The translations under genes were made by a program, and so were the position numbers. Below the pieces are notes generated by a model that ran no database searches, was not told the origin of the DNA, and worked only from the letters and a program-made list of their open reading frames with translations. Shown here piece after piece: positions 59,217-64,000 of a DNA stretch of 64,000 nucleotides; positions within the stretch are counted from its first letter, which is position 1, and each line of letters starts with the position of its first letter. Origin of the DNA: Longimicrobiales bacterium (GTDB lineage: Bacteria > Gemmatimonadota > Gemmatimonadetes > Longimicrobiales > Gaopeijiaceae); assembly GCA_965198065.1 (NCBI GenBank), contig CBDAON010000004.1, positions 960,001 to 1,024,000 of the forward strand, written 5' to 3'.

Positions 59217-61172
59217 TTACGATTCGCGTTCCTCGTACCGTTCCTTGAGCTGCTGGACGACCTCCGGGTCCGCTAGGGTCGTGGTGTCGCCAAGGGTCTT
59301 TCCCTCCGCGATGTCCCGGAGAAGGCGACGCATGATCTTGCCCGAGCGGGTTTTCGGGAGATCGGCCGTGAACAGGACCGCGTCGGGCCTCGCGATCGCC
59401 CCGATCTTCTCGGCCACGTGCGTCCGGAGCACCTGCATGAGGTCTTCGGTGGGCTCGTTCCCCTCCCGTAGAGTCACGAACGCAGCGATCGCCTGGCCCT
59501 TCAGCGCGTGTTCCCTCCCGACCACGGCCGCCTCGGCGACTGCGTGGTGGTCTACCAGGGCGCTCTCCACCTCCATGGTCCCGATCCGGTGGCCGGCTAC
59601 GTTCAGGACGTCGTCCACCCGGCCCATCAGCCAGAAGAACCCCTCCTCGTCCCGCTTCGCCCCGTCACCCGCGAAGTAGACGCCGTCCCACTTGGACCAG
59701 TACGTCTGCCGATAACGTTCGTCGTCACCCCAGATAGTTCGGAGCATGCCGGGCCACGGCCGGGTGATCGCGAGGTAGCCGGCCCGCACCTCCTCGCCCT
59801 GGTCGTTCAGGATCGTGGCCTCGATCCCCGGGAAGGGAAGCGTCGCGCTCCCCGGCCGGGTAGACGTCGCTCCCGGGAGCGGCGTGATCATGATCCCACC
59901 CGTCTCGGTCTGCCACCACGTGTCCACGATCGGGCAGCGCTCCCCTCCAATCACGGCGTGGTACCAGACCCACGCTTCCGGGTTGATGGGCTCCCCCACC
60001 GTTCCGAGAAGGCGAAGGCGGGAGAGGTCGTATCCGGCCGGCCAGGCCTCCCCCCACTTCATGAAGGCACGGATCGCAGTGGGGGCCGTATAGAAGACCG
60101 TCACCCCGTGCTTCTCGCACAGCTGCCAGAAGCGCCCGCGGTCTGGGAAGTCGGGGGCCCCCTCGTACATGAGGACGGTGGCTCCGTTCGTGAGGGGACC
60201 GTACACGATGTAGGAGTGTCCCGTGACCCAGCCGACGTCCGCCGTGCACCAGTAGACGTCGTCCTCCCTCAGGTCGAACACCCACTTCGAGGTCGCACAC
60301 ACGTGGGTGAGGTAGCCGCCCGTGGTGTGGACGACCCCCTTGGGCTTACCCGTCGTCCCCGACGTGTACAGGATGAACAGGAGGTCCTCGGCTTCCATCT
60401 CCTCGGCCTCGCAGCCCGACTCCACGGTCGCCATCAGCTCGTGGTACCAGACGTCCCGCCCCGGCTTCATCTCGGCACCGGACGCCCCCCGGAGGGGATC
60501 CCGCGCCACAACCACCACCCGCTCGATCGAGGGGCATCGCTCGGCGGCGGCATCCGCGTTCCGCTTGAGGGGCACCAGGCTGCCCCTCCGGTACCCGCCG
60601 TCCGCCGTGATCAGGACCTTGGCCTGGGCGTCGTTGATGCGGTCGGCCAGGGAGTCCGGGGAGAATCCGCCGAAGACCACGGAATGGGGAGCCCCGATGC
60701 GCGCGCAGGCGAGCATGGAGATCGCGGCCTCCGGGATCATGGGCAGGTAGATCGCGACCCGATCGCCCTTCTCCACCCCTGAGCGCTTCAGGGCCTCGGC
60801 GAAACGGGAGACCTCGTCGTGAAGCGTGCGGTAGGTGTACGTCCGAACGTCCCCCGGCTCACCCTCCCAGGAGAGCGCTATCTTGTCCGCCGTCGGCCCC
60901 TCAAGATGTCGATCCAGGCAGTTGTGGGAGGCGTTCAGCCGGCCCCCGACGAACCAGCGCGCATAGGGAGGATCCCACTCGAGAACGCGGTCCCATTTCC
61001 GAAACCACGAAAGCTCGTTCGCCAGAGCTGCCCAGTGGGCCTCCGGATCCGCAGCCGCTCGAGCACGGACGTCGTCGCTCGAGACGTGTGCCCGCTCTCG
61101 AAACGCGGGGTCTGGCGGGAAGCGGCGCTCCTCGCGCAGCAGGTCGTCCAGCGCGCTCTGGGGTCCGGCCAT
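59217..61172 (-). CDS. acs: Acetate--CoA ligase
   Basis: [45 protein letters not shown]. Confidence 0.96.
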   Translation of the reverse strand: MAGPQSALDDLLREERRFPPDPAFRERAHVSSDDVRARAAADPEAHWAALANELSWFRKWDRVLEWDPPYARWFVGGRLNASHNCLDRHLEGPTADKIALSWEGEPGDVRTYTYRTLHDEVSRFAEALKRSGVEKGDRVAIYLPMIPEAAISMLACARIGAPHSVVFGGFSPDSLADRINDAQAKVLITADGGYRRGSLVPLKRNADAAAERCPSIERVVVVARDPLRGASGAEMKPGRDVWYHELMATVESGCEAEEMEAEDLLFILYTSGTTGKPKGVVHTTGGYLTHVCATSKWVFDLREDDVYWCTADVGWVTGHSYIVYGPLTNGATVLMYEGAPDFPDRGRFWQLCEKHGVTVFYTAPTAIRAFMKWGEAWPAGYDLSRLRLLGTVGEPINPEAWVWYHAVIGGERCPIVDTWWQTETGGIMITPLPGATSTRPGSATLPFPGIEATILNDQGEEVRAGYLAITRPWPGMLRTIWGDDERYRQTYWSKWDGVYFAGDGAKRDEEGFFWLMGRVDDVLNVAGHRIGTMEVESALVDHHAVAEAAVVGREHALKGQAIAAFVTLREGNEPTEDLMQVLRTHVAEKIGAIARPDAVLFTADLPKTRSGKIMRRLLRDIAEGKTLGDTTTLADPEVVQQLKERYEERES

Positions 61173-61232
61173 GAACGGCTCCGCGTGGGACGGGTGAGGG
61201 CCGTCCGGCCCCGGTCGGGACTCGGACGATCG

Positions 61233-61260
61233 GGCGTCGGGGGACAGGCGTCGGGGGACA
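61233..61260. repeat. Perfect tandem duplication of 14 bp (GGCGTCGGGGGACA x2)
   Basis: Read directly, in the acs upstream region. Confidence 0.8.
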
Positions 61261-61295
61261 GTAGGGCACGCCGAGCGGACTGGACAGGGCTTGGC

Positions 61296-61865
61296 TTAAT
61301 CGACCACGGGGGGGAGGAGCTCCGCGACCTCGGGACACTCGAGGAGGGCTTCAAACGCAGCGACTCCCTCGGCGCACAGCGCCGACACGGCCGAGGCGCC
61401 CCTCTCGACCCCGGCCTGAGGGATCAGAAGCTTCACCCGGATCTGCGTCTCAGCCTCTTCCGGGCCGCCCGAGCGGCCGGAGAGCGTCAGCTTCACGGAA
61501 ACGGGCGAGCGGTCGGGGGCCGGGAGCGTCTCTCGGGCGGCCGCCGCCACCCGCCCGATTACGTCCCGCACGCCGCCGAGCCTCCCGAGCCGCGGACCTT
61601 CGAGCACCAAGGACAGGTTTCCTCGAAGGCCCCGGGTGGTTTCGTCGAGGAAGGCCTCCACGCTCACGCTGTCGGGCAGATCGTCGCGGTGGAAGAACAC
61701 GTACGCGCTCCGCGTGGACTCCCCGGCCCACCGGCCGTCGAACTCGTGACTCGTCGTCTTTTGGAGGCCCGACAGGACCCATCCGGCCCGCTCGACGCCG
61801 CTCCGCACGGCCTCGAGAAGCGGCTCCAGGGTCAGCACATCACGGGCGTCCCCGTAGGTTGACAC
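61296..61865 (-). CDS. Hypothetical protein
   Basis: 189-aa ORF with coding-like composition (GWVLSGLQKTTS..W.G...SAYVFFH); start uncertain. Confidence 0.65.
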   Translation of the reverse strand: MSTYGDARDVLTLEPLLEAVRSGVERAGWVLSGLQKTTSHEFDGRWAGESTRSAYVFFHRDDLPDSVSVEAFLDETTRGLRGNLSLVLEGPRLGRLGGVRDVIGRVAAAARETLPAPDRSPVSVKLTLSGRSGGPEEAETQIRVKLLIPQAGVERGASAVSALCAEGVAAFEALLECPEVAELLPPVVD

Positions 61866-61888
61866 TCTTTTTCACACTCCCTTAACTT
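61859..61888 (+). promoter_or_regulatory. sigma70 promoter TTGACA-N18-TAACTT, 5 nt before the Fur/PerR ATG
   Basis: Perfect -35; leaderless arrangement. Confidence 0.65.
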
Positions 61889-61893
61889 TTGGT

Positions 61894-62361
61894 ATGTCCA
61901 GGCACGGCCGACCGACCGAAGACGTCCTCCGCGAATCGCTCGAGGCTAGCGGTCTGCGCTTCACAGAGCAGCGGGCCGCGGTATACCGTTTCCTGGCTTC
62001 CACCGAAAAGCACCCGACCCCCGACGAGGTGTTCCTCGCGGTTCGCTCGGAGATCCCGGTAATCTCCCTCGCAACCGTGTACAAGAGCCTGGAGACGCTG
62101 GTCGGATGCGGGCTCGCGACCAAGCTGGCCGGCCGAGGCGGCTCCGCACGATACGACGGCCGGACCGACCCCCATCACCATGCGCGGTGCCTCACGTGCT
62201 CGCGAATGTTCGACGTGCCGGGAAGCCTTGCGGCGGATGAGCTCTCGGAGCTGCGTCGGAGCGCTCACGGGTTCCGGGTCACCGGATACCGACTCGAGCT
62301 GACGGGTTACTGTTCGGACTGCTCCGAGACGGTAGCGGCGGGTCGGCTGGAGCCGGTCTGA
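61894..62361 (+). CDS. Fur-family regulator (PerR-like)
   Basis: GLRFTEQR, HPT, SLATVYKSL, RYD..HHHARCLTC, GYCSDC. Confidence 0.9.
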   Translation: MSRHGRPTEDVLRESLEASGLRFTEQRAAVYRFLASTEKHPTPDEVFLAVRSEIPVISLATVYKSLETLVGCGLATKLAGRGGSARYDGRTDPHHHARCLTCSRMFDVPGSLAADELSELRRSAHGFRVTGYRLELTGYCSDCSETVAAGRLEPV

Positions 62362-64000
62362 CCCTCCGAGCGCCTCCCCCTCTCGTCCTCCCATCGGGCT
62401 TCCGCGGCCGGATCTTCCAAGGCAAGGAGGCCGCGACCCGGGCCTCGCGGGTCTCCGGACCGTATTCAGCGTTTCCACCCGCCTACGTGGTGCCGAGCGG
62501 CCTCGAGGGCCTCCGTGCCGTGGTGGGCTGGGCCTTCGAGGAGCGGATCGCCCTCATCCCCCGAGGCGGGGGCACGGGCATGCCGGGGGGAAACGTGGGG
62601 CCGTACCTGACGGTCGAGGTGGGGCCCGGGTTTCAGGACATCGAGTGGGTGGACGAGGGCCGCGGCCGGCTCCGGGCGGGCGCCGGGGTCGTCGCCGCCG
62701 ACGCGGAGCGCTTCGCCCGCGAGGCCGGTTTCACGCTCCCCTTCCTCCCGTCGTCCCGGAGACTGTGCCGGATCGGCGGGATGGTCGCGAACAACGCGGC
62801 CGGAGCCCGATCGTTTCGGCACGGAGCGACCGCGGCGTCCGTAACGGGCGTCGAAGGACTGTTCGCGTGGGGAGATCCGTTTCGGGTCGGGGCGGGAGCG
62901 ACCGAGCCCGATGTCTTCTGGGAGCTCCGCTCCCGGTTGGAACGGACGCTGGCCGCCACGGTGCCCGACGGACGCATGCTACCCGACTGGCCCCGCGTCC
63001 GGAAGAACGCGTCGGGCTACGCACTCGATCGATACCTGCCCCAGGGCGATCCGGCGCAGCTCCTCGCCGGAAGCGAGGGGACGCTGGCCCTCATCACGCA
63101 CGTGGAGCTCCATCTCGTGCCTGAGCCGGAGGCCCGGGGCCTCATCGTCCTCGCCGCCCGCTCGCTTTCGGACCTCGAGCGGATCGCGGAGCTGGCGGCG
63201 GAGCTCGGGACGGAGACGTGCGAGTTCCTCGGGCGACGGTTCCTCCATATCTCCGGCATCGCCGGCGGCGCCGGACCGGGCCCCGCCCGAGCCGACCCCC
63301 GGGTCCGATCCCTCGCCGAAGCGGCCGAGGCTCTGGTTCTGATCGAGGTCGCGGGATCGACCGAAGAGGTGGACGCGGGGATTTCAGCCGTCCGTACGGA
63401 GGGCGGTCCGCGCGCATTGGGGAGTCTCGTCGCTCGGGACCCGGACGAGATCGAGAGGCTCTGGGAGCTGAGGCACTCGGCGAGCCCCATGATCGCGCAA
63501 GAGGCGGTGCGAGGGCGGTTCTCAATGCAGTTCATCGAGGACTCGGTGGTACCGCCCGGGGCGCTCGGCTCATACCTGTCCGGCCTCGACCGGATCCTGG
63601 AAAGCGCCGGTCTGGACGCCGTGACCTTCGGTCATGCGGGCGACGGGAACGTCCACGTGAACCCCCTGGTCGACGTGTACGATCCGGATTGGAGGGAGCG
63701 CGTGCGAAAGGCGCTCAACGGAGTCACGGAGCTCGTGGCCTCGCTCGGCGGCACGTTGTCCGGAGAGCACGGCGACGGCCGTCTCCGGGCCCCCCTCCTC
63801 GAGCGGATCTGGGGCCCCCGCATGATGGACGCCTTTCGCCTCGTGAAGGAGATGCTGGACCCCAGGGGAATCCTCAATCCCGGCGTGATCCTTCCCCTTG
63901 GGGGTCAGGACCCGCTCGAGGGCCTCCGGCCCAAGCCACCGGAGGGGTTGCCCGGTCGCGAAGGCGGGGCGCATCTTTCCGCTTTCGACTCTCCGACCTC
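62358..64000 (+). CDS. FAD-linked oxidase (GlcD/D-lactate dehydrogenase-like); runs off the window end and is absent from the ORF track
   Basis: IPRGGGTG, IGGMVANNAAG, GSEGTL, FIEDSVVP, FGHAGDGNVH, SGEHGDG, DPRGILNPG in one frame; start uncertain. Confidence 0.85.
   Translation, partial: MTLRAPPPLVLPSGFRGRIFQGKEAATRASRVSGPYSAFPPAYVVPSGLEGLRAVVGWAFEERIALIPRGGGTGMPGGNVGPYLTVEVGPGFQDIEWVDEGRGRLRAGAGVVAADAERFAREAGFTLPFLPSSRRLCRIGGMVANNAAGARSFRHGATAASVTGVEGLFAWGDPFRVGAGATEPDVFWELRSRLERTLAATVPDGRMLPDWPRVRKNASGYALDRYLPQGDPAQLLAGSEGTLALITHVELHLVPEPEARGLIVLAARSLSDLERIAELAAELGTETCEFLGRRFLHISGIAGGAGPGPARADPRVRSLAEAAEALVLIEVAGSTEEVDAGISAVRTEGGPRALGSLVARDPDEIERLWELRHSASPMIAQEAVRGRFSMQFIEDSVVPPGALGSYLSGLDRILESAGLDAVTFGHAGDGNVHVNPLVDVYDPDWRERVRKALNGVTELVASLGGTLSGEHGDGRLRAPLLERIWGPRMMDAFRLVKEMLDPRGILNPGVILPLGGQDPLEGLRPKPPEGLPGREGGAHLSAFDSPT

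Noticed and set aside
1..64000. Many long alternative-frame and antisense ORFs in the track (e.g. 50..1468 -, 10688..12130 +, 21870..23510 +, 46509..48050 -)
   Set aside because: Arg/Pro/Gly-rich shadows of real genes, expected at very high GC; no motifs
1..64000. CRISPR arrays, tRNA/rRNA, IS/integrase, prophage or defence genes
   Set aside because: I found no spaced repeats, cloverleafs, terminal inverted repeats with a transposase, or diagnostic protein motifs by eye

Overview
High-GC bacterial chromosomal segment. Gene content and protein families suggest Gemmatimonadota (inference). It is mostly housekeeping and envelope genes: purD (3' part), mutM, an M16 peptidase pair, menG/ubiE, lepA, mfd-PPIase-surA-pdxA-ftsEX-envC-holB-moaC, an mltD-like transglycosylase, a class V aminotransferase, guaB, murU/amgK-rapZ, tolC, acs, a Fur/PerR regulator and an FAD oxidase. 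I recognised no rRNA, tRNA, CRISPR array, transposase or phage gene. Most notable: (1) an ECF sigma factor locus with a tandem double-ZAS anti-sigma and three matching promoters, (C/T)GAA(A/T)C-N17-CGTA; (2) a lepA-pfkB-[STAS+HATPase]-[STAS+wHTH] operon that looks like an uncharacterised partner-switching/Ser-kinase circuit; (3) a sigma54-type promoter before a DUF4384-like protein with a CxxCH motif; (4) an Fe-S carrier operon ending in a DUF62 SAM hydrolase; (5) an orphan wzc and an orphan SusC/SusD pair beside amgK-rapZ/murU; (6) a zone at about 42.8-49.2 kb with several gene remnants, plus two candidate structured RNAs (39.6 kb and 45.4 kb). Five frameshifts in wzc, ftsX and susC are probably sequencing or assembly indels. 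All family assignments come from motif recognition by eye; no database searches were run.
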